Shown here: positions 1 through 9,119 of the stretch, piece after piece | Numbering within the stretch: position 1 is the stretch's first letter | Layout: every line of letters begins with the position of its first letter | Assembly: GCA_903891165.1 (NCBI GenBank) | Contig: CAITDR010000124.1 | Span: 2,088 to 66,087 of the forward strand | From: an uncultured Pseudomonadota bacterium | GTDB lineage: Bacteria; Myxococcota_A; UBA796; SXON01 | Reading direction: 5' to 3' | DNA length: 64,000 nucleotides | The notes under the pieces: generated by a model | Database searches by the model: none | Told to the model about the DNA's origin: nothing | What the model saw: only the letters and a program-made list of their open reading frames with translations | Made by a program: the position numbers and the translations under genes

Positions 1-39
1 GATCAGGGTGAAGCCGGAGCGGGCAGCGCGCTTCAACAT
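1..39 (-). CDS. Prepilin-type protein (PilW-like minor pilin), 5' end only
   Basis: Reads MLKRAARSG|FTLI, a class III signal peptide; its ATG overlaps the upstream TAA; runs off the window edge. Confidence 0.7.
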   Translation of the reverse strand, partial: MLKRAARSGFTLI

Positions 40-533
40 TAGGAGTCCCGGAAGCGGAAGGAAGAAACGGTGGTTCCGTGGTAGAAGCCCGTCGCCACGT
101 CCTCGTAGTTGCAGCGCACCCGCAGACGTAGCCAGGTGGAGTCCGCGTCCATCGGCGTGACATCCCAGGAGACGGAGTACATCACCGGCCCCAGGCTCAC
201 ATCGTCGTTGTTCGCGGCATTCACTTCCACCCCGGTGCCCTGCTCCAGTGCACTCCACATATCGTAGTCCGCATCGCTCATTCCGGCATCCTGCAGCGAG
301 GTGGGCTGGCTGGTGGCGGTCCAGTCGGCGGCCTGCAGCCGCTCCATCTGGGTCTGGGCGAGGTAGGTGCAATCGGTCAGGCGCCGGGCATTCATGTTGG
401 AGCGAACGGCCTGAGCGTGGAATCCAAACATCACGATCAGCGACGCACCGAGGAGCGCCGAGGCCACCATAACTTCGACCAGGGTGAACCCGCGGGTAGA
501 AGCCGTCCGACGATGGAAGAGGGAGCGGTTCAT
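39..533 (-). CDS. Type IV minor pilin, PilV-like
   Basis: MNRS...RG|FTLVEVMVA prepilin motif; ATG at 533 overlaps the upstream stop (ATGA). Confidence 0.8.
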   Translation of the reverse strand: MNRSLFHRRTASTRGFTLVEVMVASALLGASLIVMFGFHAQAVRSNMNARRLTDCTYLAQTQMERLQAADWTATSQPTSLQDAGMSDADYDMWSALEQGTGVEVNAANNDDVSLGPVMYSVSWDVTPMDADSTWLRLRVRCNYEDVATGFYHGTTVSSFRFRDS

Positions 534-1318
534 GGCGCGGTCGCCTCCGCGGCGCCCACTGGATTTCCAGGGAGCAAGGTTCGTTTTCCGGTCTCGATCC
601 GGATCATCCCGGTGCGGCTGATGCGCAAGTCCGCTCTCCCCATGCCTCCATCGAAGGAAGCACGTTTGTTGATCAGGGTCAAGGTGATGTAGCCAGAGCT
701 GAAGTCCGCCGGTGGATTTTCGATCCAGCCTCGCGGGGAGAAGACGATGGCCTTGGCGCAGTTCAGCCCCGGCCCCACGAGGCTGGGACCGTCGGCGAGG
801 CTGATCCAGGGACTCTCCATCGATCCTCCAGGATAGAGGCTGCGTTCTCCCAGACCGTCGTCCACTACCCCGTTCTCGTTGGGGGGCAGGGTGTCCCACT
901 CGGAGCTCAGCCCCGAGCGGTTTCCGATCTGAAGCAGCCATTCACCGCCTTGAGGCTCCGTCGGATCCAATGCCGCGTCGGCAGAGACCAGCACAAGGCG
1001 AGTCTGCCGGTTGCTGTAGATCGCCAGCGAGCGTAGCTGCTGGAGATCGGCATGGAGAAGGCGGGAAATCTTCAAGAGACGGTACTGGGCGAGAGAGGTC
1101 TGAACTGCATACCAGCCGATGGAGGACAGAATCGCGAGAATCGCGATCACGATCGCCAGCTCTGGAAAGGTAAAGCCTGCCTTGCCACTCCTTTGGCATG
1201 CAAGAATGGGGCCAGGAAGCTCAAGAGTGGAGGTAGAGGGGGCAGCACGGCTTCCAAGCGTGCTATCGGCAACGCTACCGATGCCCCTCCGCCAATGGGG
1301 TGGGAAAAAACTACCCAC
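530..1318 (-). CDS. Type IV minor pilin, FimT/FimU/GspH-like
   Basis: KAG|FTFPELAIVIAILAIL prepilin motif and IVFSPRG FimT-like C-terminal motif; start uncertain. Confidence 0.75.
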   Translation of the reverse strand: MGSFFPPHWRRGIGSVADSTLGSRAAPSTSTLELPGPILACQRSGKAGFTFPELAIVIAILAILSSIGWYAVQTSLAQYRLLKISRLLHADLQQLRSLAIYSNRQTRLVLVSADAALDPTEPQGGEWLLQIGNRSGLSSEWDTLPPNENGVVDDGLGERSLYPGGSMESPWISLADGPSLVGPGLNCAKAIVFSPRGWIENPPADFSSGYITLTLINKRASFDGGMGRADLRISRTGMIRIETGKRTLLPGNPVGAAEATAP

Positions 1319-2111
1319 CTGGGGACTTCCTTCCCTGGTTCACCGGGCAAAGATCGTCTACCGCCCCCCGGCGTCGCTGGATCAAGCGCCGGGCCTGCTG
1401 CACCTCGCCGGGCAGCACCCCCATCGCTTCCGCCTCATCCAGGTTCCGACTGGCTTCCTCCAAAACCTCGTAGATGGGTGGCGCGGTCTCGGCGCAGCGC
1501 TCTCGATCCACACGATCCGCCGTCACCGCTGTAAGCGCCCGTGCCCGGCTAAGCAGCGCGAGCAATTTTCCCCGTTTATCTTGTGCTTTCTGTAGGGCCA
1601 ACGTAGCCGCGTCTACCGCCTCCGGCGCCCGTTCCAGCGCCAGCAGCGCCTCGGCACGGCCCTGCAGCAGTACCGATCGGTCGGGTTGCACCAACAGCAG
1701 CTGATCAAAACGGACCAAAGCTTCCGCCGGTTGTCCTGTAGAAAGCTCTAAAATTCCGAGACTCTGCTGGGTAGCGGCGTCGTCCGGCGCAAGGGCAAGT
1801 GCCTCTTCAAACCTCTTGCGGGCCATCGCCGGGTTGCCCTCCGCCATGGCCACACTGCCCAGGCCCCGGTAGCATGCAGCATAGTCGGGATGTTGGCGTA
1901 GACACTGATCAAAAGAGGAACGTGCCGGCTCGATCTGCCCGGCGAGGTGCCAGGTCCAGCCCAGACCGTACAGGGCCTCGGCGTTGCCGGGCTCTTTTTG
2001 GAGGGCTGCTCGCCAGGATGCCTCGGCGGCCACCAGATCCCCTTCCTCTAACGCCTCTTTTCCAGCGCGGATGTCCGCACCGACGCCGCAGGCCACAAGC
2101 CAGAAGATCAT
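1311..2111 (-). CDS. TPR lipoprotein (possibly PilF/Tgl-like)
   Basis: LVAC lipobox and several TPR repeats (AEALYGLGW, AACYRGLGSV). Confidence 0.75.
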   Translation of the reverse strand: MIFWLVACGVGADIRAGKEALEEGDLVAAEASWRAALQKEPGNAEALYGLGWTWHLAGQIEPARSSFDQCLRQHPDYAACYRGLGSVAMAEGNPAMARKRFEEALALAPDDAATQQSLGILELSTGQPAEALVRFDQLLLVQPDRSVLLQGRAEALLALERAPEAVDAATLALQKAQDKRGKLLALLSRARALTAVTADRVDRERCAETAPPIYEVLEEASRNLDEAEAMGVLPGEVQQARRLIQRRRGAVDDLCPVNQGRKSPGG

Positions 2112-3469
2112 CCAACCTCCAGGCCGTACTCACGGATCTTATACAAAAGTGCTTTGTAGGACAGCTCCAGGATACGCGCCGCTGCCGCCTTGTTTCCAGA
2201 GGTACGCTGCATGGCCCGCTGAATCAGATCGCGCTCCAGTGCCGCGGTACGCTGTGGGATCGAGAGCAGGTCCCCCTCCACCGTGGGCGTGGCGGGAGGC
2301 TGCTCGCGAATGTTCACGGGCAGGTCCTCCACCGTGATGTGGTTCCGGTCGCAAAGCAAAATTGCACGTTCTAAAGTATTTTCGAGCTGACGGACATTTC
2401 CGGGCCATCGGCACAGCAGAAGTGTTCTCATCGCCTCGGGTTCGACGGTGGGCCGGAGCAGACGCAGGCGCTGGCAGAGGCTGCCAATCAGGTGCTCGAC
2501 CAGGAGCGGTACATCTTCGGGGCGCTCCCGCAGCGGCGGCAGGTGCAGGTGCACTACCGCAAGGCGGTAGTAGAGATCTTCGCGGAAGGCCGGCGGCATC
2601 AAAGAGCGGGCGGTGGCGGCCACGATTCGTACATCCAGCTCCACATCGGCACGCGCGCCCAGACGACGCACCTTGCCGTCCTCTAAAACCCGAAGGAGCT
2701 TGGCCTGCAGCCCCAACGGCAGCTCCCCGATCTCGTCCAGAAAGAGGGTGCCCCCGTGGGCATCCTCAAAAAGACCCGGTTTATTGCCAACTGCGCCGGT
2801 AAAGGCCCCCCGCATGTAGCCGAACAGCTCACTCTCCAGGAGATTTTCGGGGATAGCCGCACAATTCACCGCCACAAAGGCGCGCTCCCGCCGAGGTGAG
2901 AGCCGATGCAGGGCACGGGCACACAGCTCCTTGCCGGTGCCACTCTCGCCGGTGATCAGCACCGTGGTGTCGTAGGGTGCCACGCGCTCCAGCATCCGCA
3001 GGGCGGGCTGAATAGCAGGTGCACGGCCTACAAATCCCTCTACAGGTTCGCCTACACGTTCGGAGAGGCGTGCGTTCTCCAACGCAAGACGCCCCCGATC
3101 GCGGGCCAGGTTCTCGCGCTCCTCCAGCTTCCGCAGGGTGAGCACCACCTCGTCCGGGGTCAGGGGCTTGGGAATATAGTCGTAGGCCCCCCGGCGTACG
3201 GCCTCCAGCGCCGCCTCGGTGCCACCGTAGGCGCTCATCATGATCACCGGAGGCGCTTCGGGAGGCAGCTGACTTAGGAAGGTCAAGCCATCCATTTCCG
3301 GCATACGGATGTCGCAAAGCACCACATCTGCTCCGCGAACCAACGGAAGCGCGTCACGACCATTGGGGGCACCCAACACCTGATAGCCGGCCCGGGTCAG
3401 GACCAGCTTCAGCATGTGGCGGATGTTTTCTTCGTCATCCACCACCAGGACCCGGAGGGAGGGTGGCAC
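2108..3469 (-). CDS. Sigma-54 enhancer-binding response regulator (NtrC/PilR family)
   Basis: REC domain (VVDDE, CDIRMP), [31 protein letters not shown], Fis-type HTH; GTG start at 3469 inferred (ORF is open to 3487). Confidence 0.93.
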   Translation of the reverse strand: MPPSLRVLVVDDEENIRHMLKLVLTRAGYQVLGAPNGRDALPLVRGADVVLCDIRMPEMDGLTFLSQLPPEAPPVIMMSAYGGTEAALEAVRRGAYDYIPKPLTPDEVVLTLRKLEERENLARDRGRLALENARLSERVGEPVEGFVGRAPAIQPALRMLERVAPYDTTVLITGESGTGKELCARALHRLSPRRERAFVAVNCAAIPENLLESELFGYMRGAFTGAVGNKPGLFEDAHGGTLFLDEIGELPLGLQAKLLRVLEDGKVRRLGARADVELDVRIVAATARSLMPPAFREDLYYRLAVVHLHLPPLRERPEDVPLLVEHLIGSLCQRLRLLRPTVEPEAMRTLLLCRWPGNVRQLENTLERAILLCDRNHITVEDLPVNIREQPPATPTVEGDLLSIPQRTAALERDLIQRAMQRTSGNKAAAARILELSYKALLYKIREYGLEVG

Positions 3470-3491
3470 CTGGACATGATAGCTCAAGCCG

Positions 3492-4760
3492 ATGGCACCG
3501 CCCCGTCTGCTGCAGCTGGTCCACGGCTACCCGCCCGAACAACGGGCAGGAACCGAAGTCTACGCGCAGCGGGTGGCGGCGGGTCTGCAGGCGCGCGGGT
3601 GGCAGGTGCACACCGTGGCGGCGCACCGGGAGCCCGGCGCCGCCCTCTATGCCGAGCGCCGGGAGCCGGGGCTCTTGCGGGTGGTGCAGAACCGGCCCTT
3701 CCGGGGGCTGGCAGCGGCAGAGTCTGACCCAATCATGGATCGAATTATCGAGCGGGAGATCGAAAAATTCAGACCAGATCTGGTCCATGTGCAGCACCTG
3801 CTCTTTCTTTCGACCAGCTTCCGTTGTGCAGTGCCGATGATCTGGACCCTTCATGATGCCTGGGGCTGGTGCCCGGCCGGGGGGCTTTTGTTGAAGGAAG
3901 GACGCCCCTGTTCCGGGCCTTCGGCCGCCTGTGTGACCTGTGCGGGGGCCTGGGGCAGCGAGCCTGCGGCAGCGGAACAACTCATCGGACTTGCAGGTCG
4001 GTTGAGTTTTCTGGCCTCAACGGGGCAGATGCATCGGCTGTGGAAACGTTTGCCCGTGCGCTTGCGTGCACGCTTGCCTTCGCGACCAACCGTGCTGACG
4101 CAGGGGCATGTGGACCGGCGCCAGGAGGCCCTGAAAACATTCGCAGGGCGTTGTGCACGGTTATTGTCTCCGAGTCGCTATCTTGCGGAGAAGGCGGAGG
4201 CGGCGGGTCTCGGTCCTGTGGAGCTGCTGCCCCAGGGGGTGGACGCCCCGAACCTGCCTGAACTTCCGCGAGACTACCTGCTCTTTCTGGGCACACTTGC
4301 CCCCCATAAGAACCCGATCCTGGTGCGGGAGGCATGGAAAAAATCCGGCTCTCCCCTCCCCTTACGTATCGTCGGTCCGCCGGGCTCAGATCTGGGCTAC
4401 CTGCGGCAGCTGGAGACGGGCCAACCGCGCCCGGAGGCTGCCGTTGCCGACCCTTTTCCGCTACTTCGCGGTGCAAAAGCCCTGGTTCTGGGATCGATCT
4501 GGCCCGAGAATGCGCCGCTGGTCATCCGCGAGGCGCAGGCGGTGGGCACCCCGGTGATTGCGCCGGACATCGGGGGGATTCCCGAGCTGGATCCGTCCTG
4601 TCTCTACCCCCCCGGCAACCTGGAAGTGCTGGCGGCCTGCATCCGGGATGCCGGATCGCTGCCTCCTCCTCCGCCTCCCCCCTCCTTTTCTGCCCACCTC
4701 GATGCCCTGGAAAAGCACTACTTTTTGCTGGGAGCAGGACGACCGGCCCGACGTGCTTAG
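3492..4760 (+). CDS. Glycosyltransferase, GT4 family
   Basis: HGYPP..AGTE, PDLVHVQH, WTLHD, SIWPENAPLVIREA, GGIPE motifs. Confidence 0.85.
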   Translation: MAPPRLLQLVHGYPPEQRAGTEVYAQRVAAGLQARGWQVHTVAAHREPGAALYAERREPGLLRVVQNRPFRGLAAAESDPIMDRIIEREIEKFRPDLVHVQHLLFLSTSFRCAVPMIWTLHDAWGWCPAGGLLLKEGRPCSGPSAACVTCAGAWGSEPAAAEQLIGLAGRLSFLASTGQMHRLWKRLPVRLRARLPSRPTVLTQGHVDRRQEALKTFAGRCARLLSPSRYLAEKAEAAGLGPVELLPQGVDAPNLPELPRDYLLFLGTLAPHKNPILVREAWKKSGSPLPLRIVGPPGSDLGYLRQLETGQPRPEAAVADPFPLLRGAKALVLGSIWPENAPLVIREAQAVGTPVIAPDIGGIPELDPSCLYPPGNLEVLAACIRDAGSLPPPPPPPSFSAHLDALEKHYFLLGAGRPARRA

Positions 4761-4779
4761 GTTGAGAGCGGGAGGCAGG

Positions 4780-5202
4780 ATGGAACCGTTGGTGGACCGC
4801 ATCAGCGACTATCTGGTGCAGATGGACATCGACCCAGAACCCACAGAGGAAGGGATTTTTCTGGTCCGCTATGGCTCTGCGGTGGTGATGATCTCCACTT
4901 TTACGCACGAGGGCCAGGACTATGTGCGCCTTGCGGCGGTGCTGTTGTTGGGCTTCCGACCCAAGCTGGAGCTGCTGACGCGCCTTCTACGCCTGAACTC
5001 CCATGTTCTGATGGGATCTTTTCAGCTTTTTGAAGATGAGACGCTCTGCTTCACCCATACGCTGGTGGCCAAAGGACTGGACCTCGCGACCTTCCGCCAT
5101 GCCCTCCTCTATGTGGGCCGTGTCGCGGACGATCACGACGAGGCGCTGCAGGCCCTGGGTGGCGGCGAGCGGATGGAAGAAATTTTGGATGCCCCAACCT
5201 AG
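4780..5202 (+). CDS. YbjN / T3SS-chaperone-like protein
   Basis: 140 aa; RYGSAVV, LLRLN..G.F, VADDHDEAL..GG pattern; GGAGG Shine-Dalgarno. Confidence 0.65.
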   Translation: MEPLVDRISDYLVQMDIDPEPTEEGIFLVRYGSAVVMISTFTHEGQDYVRLAAVLLLGFRPKLELLTRLLRLNSHVLMGSFQLFEDETLCFTHTLVAKGLDLATFRHALLYVGRVADDHDEALQALGGGERMEEILDAPT

Positions 5203-5210
5203 GAGGAAGA

Positions 5211-5564
5211 ATGCCGGGAACGGTGTACAAGGCTGGATCGTCGGTGGTGCTGGGCCGCTGGGATGGCGAGCGCCTGTATGAGGGTGCAAGTATGACCCAG
5301 GTGGCGAATCGGAAGGGGGAGCGTGTCTACAAAGGTGCTGGACAGACGCAACTTTTTCGCATCACCCGCGGAAGTTTCTACGCCGGAAACAGCAGCGAGG
5401 TGGCCTGGAGGATCAACAATGGCATGGTCTACAAGGGCAATTCCTCGGAGGTGGCTTGGCGTCTGCGCGGCGATCAGCTGTACAAAGGCTCCGCACCCTT
5501 TTTGAAGGGAGAGGGTTGTACCGATGAGGAGCTGGTGCTGGCCGGGCTTTTATTGGGGAGCTGA
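5211..5564 (+). CDS. Hypothetical protein built from about six 17-aa beta repeats
   Basis: AGGAGG Shine-Dalgarno; repeated G..(V/L/F)Y.G.S..V..R units. Confidence 0.7.
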   Translation: MPGTVYKAGSSVVLGRWDGERLYEGASMTQVANRKGERVYKGAGQTQLFRITRGSFYAGNSSEVAWRINNGMVYKGNSSEVAWRLRGDQLYKGSAPFLKGEGCTDEELVLAGLLLGS

Positions 5565-5569
5565 TAGCC

Positions 5570-6247
5570 TTATCGTAGGCCGTACATCGCATCCAACACG
5601 GCGACGGTGATGTTGCACCAGGCATGAAAGAAGGCGCCCGCCAGGGTGCTGCCGGTCTTTTCCCGCAGCCAGCCAAAGAGCAGCGCCGGGAAGAAGATCG
5701 CGAAGTGCCACCAGCGAAAGGTCACGATGGAATGACCGAAGGCAAAGATGATCGCGGTAAGGGGCAAGCTCCAGCCCACCGCCACCCCGAAAAGTGTCCA
5801 GGGTCGGGGGAGGAGCTCGTTCAGCCGCCCCTGAAGGTAGCCGCGATAGAAAAACTCTTCAGGAACCGCCACAAAAAAGAGGTGGTAGGGGATGAGGAGC
5901 CAGGCGTCTTTGGGCAGCCGCAGATCAGGGGCGTAGCCAAAGATCAGGCTCTGGTAGAGGTGGTAGCCTAAAAGCCAGGGCACGATGATGATGGCAATCA
6001 CTTTGCCTGCCTCGATCGCCGCTTCTTTCCACGCAGGCCCATCCGAGAAGGCCGGCAGCGCCAGCCCATAGCCATCGGGATCCACCCCCCGATAGCGGCA
6101 CAGATAGACAGGCGCATAGACAAACAAAAAGGGGACCAGGGCGAGGACCACCTCGTGAACGCCCAGATCGTGCAGGACCACCACCCCCCGGATGGCCAGC
6201 AGGGTGCCCAGCCACAACAGCCCCAGCTCGATCGCCAGCTTCTTCAC
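5570..6247 (-). CDS. CPBP (Abi/CAAX) intramembrane glutamic protease, myxosortase-like
   Basis: EEFFYRGYLQ, FAFGH and HAWCN motifs; multiple TM segments. Confidence 0.85.
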   Translation of the reverse strand: MKKLAIELGLLWLGTLLAIRGVVVLHDLGVHEVVLALVPFLFVYAPVYLCRYRGVDPDGYGLALPAFSDGPAWKEAAIEAGKVIAIIIVPWLLGYHLYQSLIFGYAPDLRLPKDAWLLIPYHLFFVAVPEEFFYRGYLQGRLNELLPRPWTLFGVAVGWSLPLTAIIFAFGHSIVTFRWWHFAIFFPALLFGWLREKTGSTLAGAFFHAWCNITVAVLDAMYGLR

Positions 6248-7068
6248 CGAGGCACGCCGTTCGTACTTCCGCTGCGGTAGCCCTCCAGATCCAGGGTCAC
6301 AAAGGCGAAGCCCTCGGCCTTACAGGCCCCCACCACCGCCTCCCGGAGATCCCCACCGGCCAGCAAGGGCAACTGTTCCAAAGCCAGCTCGATGCGCAAA
6401 ATCTCCGTCGTACCTGCTTCGTGGTAGCGTACCCGGAAGCCCCGAAAGCCCAGCGTCCGCAGAAGACTTTCAATACGCCCCACCCTCGTGACTCTCTCCA
6501 GAGTCACGCGTGTTCCCACCGCAAAACGGGAACCCAGACAGGCAAAGGAGGGCTTGTCCCATAGTGGCAGGCCCAGGGCCAGTGCCGCGGCACGTACCTC
6601 CACCTTGGTCAACCCGGCTTCGACCAGTGGATGCCGCACGGCCTGCTCGGCCGCCGCCTTCAGACCGGGGCGGTGGCCGCCCAGATCATCGACGATGGTG
6701 CCATCTGCTACCCAACGCAACCCCAGGCTTTTTGCCCGGTCCGTACACAGTTGAAACAGCTCGGTTTTACAAAAATAGCAGCGATCCCCGCCGTTGCGGG
6801 CATAACCTTCCCGCTCCAGCTCTGCGGAGTCCACGATCACGTGCCGCGCTCCGATAGAGGCTGCAAAAATGGCGGCTTCATCGGCCTCTTCTGCGGGAAG
6901 GGTCGGCGACGTAGCCGTCAGACCTACCGCTCCCTCCCCCAGCTCCTGCACGGCCACCTTCAGCACCAGCGCCGAGTCCACACCACCCGAGAAAGCCACC
7001 AATACCTGACCCATCTCCCGCAGGACAGCTCGCAGGTTTTCCAGACGTTGCTCCAAAACTACTTCCAT
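6244..7068 (-). CDS. larE: ATP-dependent sacrificial sulfur transferase LarE
   Basis: PP-loop AFSGGVDS, RCYFCK, HRPG, WDKPSFACLGSRF, DLEGYRSGS. Confidence 0.9.
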   Translation of the reverse strand: MEVVLEQRLENLRAVLREMGQVLVAFSGGVDSALVLKVAVQELGEGAVGLTATSPTLPAEEADEAAIFAASIGARHVIVDSAELEREGYARNGGDRCYFCKTELFQLCTDRAKSLGLRWVADGTIVDDLGGHRPGLKAAAEQAVRHPLVEAGLTKVEVRAAALALGLPLWDKPSFACLGSRFAVGTRVTLERVTRVGRIESLLRTLGFRGFRVRYHEAGTTEILRIELALEQLPLLAGGDLREAVVGACKAEGFAFVTLDLEGYRSGSTNGVPR

Positions 7069-7790
7069 GGGTGCACCCGTACCAACATCCCCATCTCCAG
7101 CGCCAGCTCCGCCTGCGCCGACCCGTTACGAACGGCCAATTCCAGCCTACCGGTAGAGCCGGTGAGCGCCAGGGCCTCCCCCGGCGCGACCGCACCATAG
7201 CTCACAAAAACCGGCAGGGAGCGGTCGGCCACCTCTACCTCGCCCACGTCGATACCCCGAAGCGAGGTGATCGCATTTCCATAGCCATCAAAGTACAGGA
7301 TCTCTCCTTCGCCATCCTTGGCCTCTGGCAGAGAGAGCCGCTGGGGATCCGACACCGGGTGGCCCAGGCGGCCTGGCTCCTGCCCGGCGGCCAGCTTCGC
7401 AGCCACCGGCGCAAAAAGATCACGCCCATGAAAAGTGCGCGAAGCAAGAGGCTCTTTAACGGCGATCTCCCACCACTCCCCGTCGGGAAGCAGGCTCAAA
7501 AGTCCGTTGTCCGGTCCCACAAAAAGACGACCCGCGCTACGCAGGATCACCGGGCGACGCGGCCCTCCCACGCCGGGATCCACCACACATAAAAATACCG
7601 TACCCTCCGGAAAATAGCGCCAGGCCGACTCCAGAAAGAGGGCGCCAGTGCGCACGTCCTGGGGCGGCACCCCGTGGCTGAGATCCACCAAGGTTAAGGT
7701 AGGAAGAAGGTGGAGCATCACCCCCTTCATCACCCCCACGTAGGGATCGGTCAGGCCAAAATCGCTCAGCAGCACGACAACAGGAGGCAA
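7059..7790 (-). CDS. SAM hydrolase / chlorinase-fluorinase family (DUF62)
   Basis: LSDFG..DPYV, VVDPGVG, GPDNG, TFHGRD, DGYGN motifs. Confidence 0.9.
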   Translation of the reverse strand: MPPVVVLLSDFGLTDPYVGVMKGVMLHLLPTLTLVDLSHGVPPQDVRTGALFLESAWRYFPEGTVFLCVVDPGVGGPRRPVILRSAGRLFVGPDNGLLSLLPDGEWWEIAVKEPLASRTFHGRDLFAPVAAKLAAGQEPGRLGHPVSDPQRLSLPEAKDGEGEILYFDGYGNAITSLRGIDVGEVEVADRSLPVFVSYGAVAPGEALALTGSTGRLELAVRNGSAQAELALEMGMLVRVHPWK

Positions 7791-7802
7791 AGATGCTCCG
7801 AA

Positions 7803-9119
7803 TCAGCGGAAAAAGGCGAAAGGTTCATCCAGACCGGCCAGCTCGGGATCCACCAGACCCAGGATCTGGCGGGGATCAGAGGCCAGGTCCACCACCCGTC
7901 CCAGCGGCCGCCCCGCCGGATCACGAACGATACGGACCACCGGCCGATCGGCCCGAGAGGGATCGGAGGCACTGTGCAGGATCACCGCCAGCTCTCCCGA
8001 AGACAGGCGCACAGCCGACCCCAGCGGATAGCGGCCAATCACCCGGTTGAAAACGGCCAACAGCTCGGCGTCAAAACGGGGCGATCCCGCCATCTGTGCA
8101 AGCGCTTCGTCTGGGAGCAGTGGACTATGGTGCTCGGTCCTGGTCGTCAGCTTGTCATACATAACGGCAATTGCGACGATTCGCGAGTAGAGGTGCAGGC
8201 CGTGCGGCCGCTCCAACGCATGTTCGTACACCACCATCAGGCGACGCGCGCGCACCGGCGTCAACCGATGGCCGGTCACAAGGCGGGCCGCCACCTCCAA
8301 GCGCTGCGCCTCTGGCGCATCCGAACAAAGTGCCCCCACCAACATGGCCGCAAAACCCAGCTCCACCAGGAGCGGCTTCTCCAAGCCCAGGCGCTGCCCC
8401 AAGGCCAGGGAGAGGATGCAGACCTGGATGGCATGGCGCGACTCCCCCGCCACATCCTCCCGCACCGAGGTCAGTGCGAGGTGGTGGTCGGGCTCGTCGA
8501 TCGCCAGCTCGGCGAGGTCCTGCACAGCCTTGAAGAGCTGCGCGGGCATTTTCTCAATATTTTTGTTTTTCGTCGCATGTTGAACAGCGTTTGCAGCGCG
8601 CACATAGCCGCGAAGTGCATCGGAGGCCGCCACCCGCACCGAAGAGCCGGAGCCGGTCACCGAGCCCGACATCAGCTTGCGGGGCGGCAGGACTTCCAAG
8701 GCCTGGGCACCGTGGCCTTCCAGCCAGGCCTGGAAGACAGCGCGGTCCGAAGCCGCCTCGCGCACGCCCGTAAAAAAAGCAGAAAGGTTCATGCGACTTG
8801 CAGGCCCTTTCAGACGCAGGCCGCCCGCCATACGTGCGCGCAACAGATCGGAAAACTCGGAGAGCTGGGCACGCTGCTCGCGAGAGGCACGCACCGGCAT
8901 CCCATTCACAAAGGGAAAGCCCCCGTCCAGCTCGATCCGGCAGTCGCCTCGGGTGGCCACAAGGGTGTTCATATCCTGGATCAACCAGTCCAAAAGCCGC
9001 GAAACTGCACGATTCGCCACCGCGTGGATGCGGGTGGCGTGGCTGACGGCGCAGAAGCGTCGGATCAGCGACTCAGTGGCCGGATCCCGCTTGTGCCGGG
9101 AAACATCCGCGAAACTCAT
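7803..9119 (-). CDS. Degenerate HD-GYP-like protein
   Basis: SRIVAIA..YDKLT and GRYPLGS.VRLSSGE.AVI typical of HD-GYP C-termini; HD and GYP motifs absent. Confidence 0.65.
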   Translation of the reverse strand: MSFADVSRHKRDPATESLIRRFCAVSHATRIHAVANRAVSRLLDWLIQDMNTLVATRGDCRIELDGGFPFVNGMPVRASREQRAQLSEFSDLLRARMAGGLRLKGPASRMNLSAFFTGVREAASDRAVFQAWLEGHGAQALEVLPPRKLMSGSVTGSGSSVRVAASDALRGYVRAANAVQHATKNKNIEKMPAQLFKAVQDLAELAIDEPDHHLALTSVREDVAGESRHAIQVCILSLALGQRLGLEKPLLVELGFAAMLVGALCSDAPEAQRLEVAARLVTGHRLTPVRARRLMVVYEHALERPHGLHLYSRIVAIAVMYDKLTTRTEHHSPLLPDEALAQMAGSPRFDAELLAVFNRVIGRYPLGSAVRLSSGELAVILHSASDPSRADRPVVRIVRDPAGRPLGRVVDLASDPRQILGLVDPELAGLDEPFAFFR

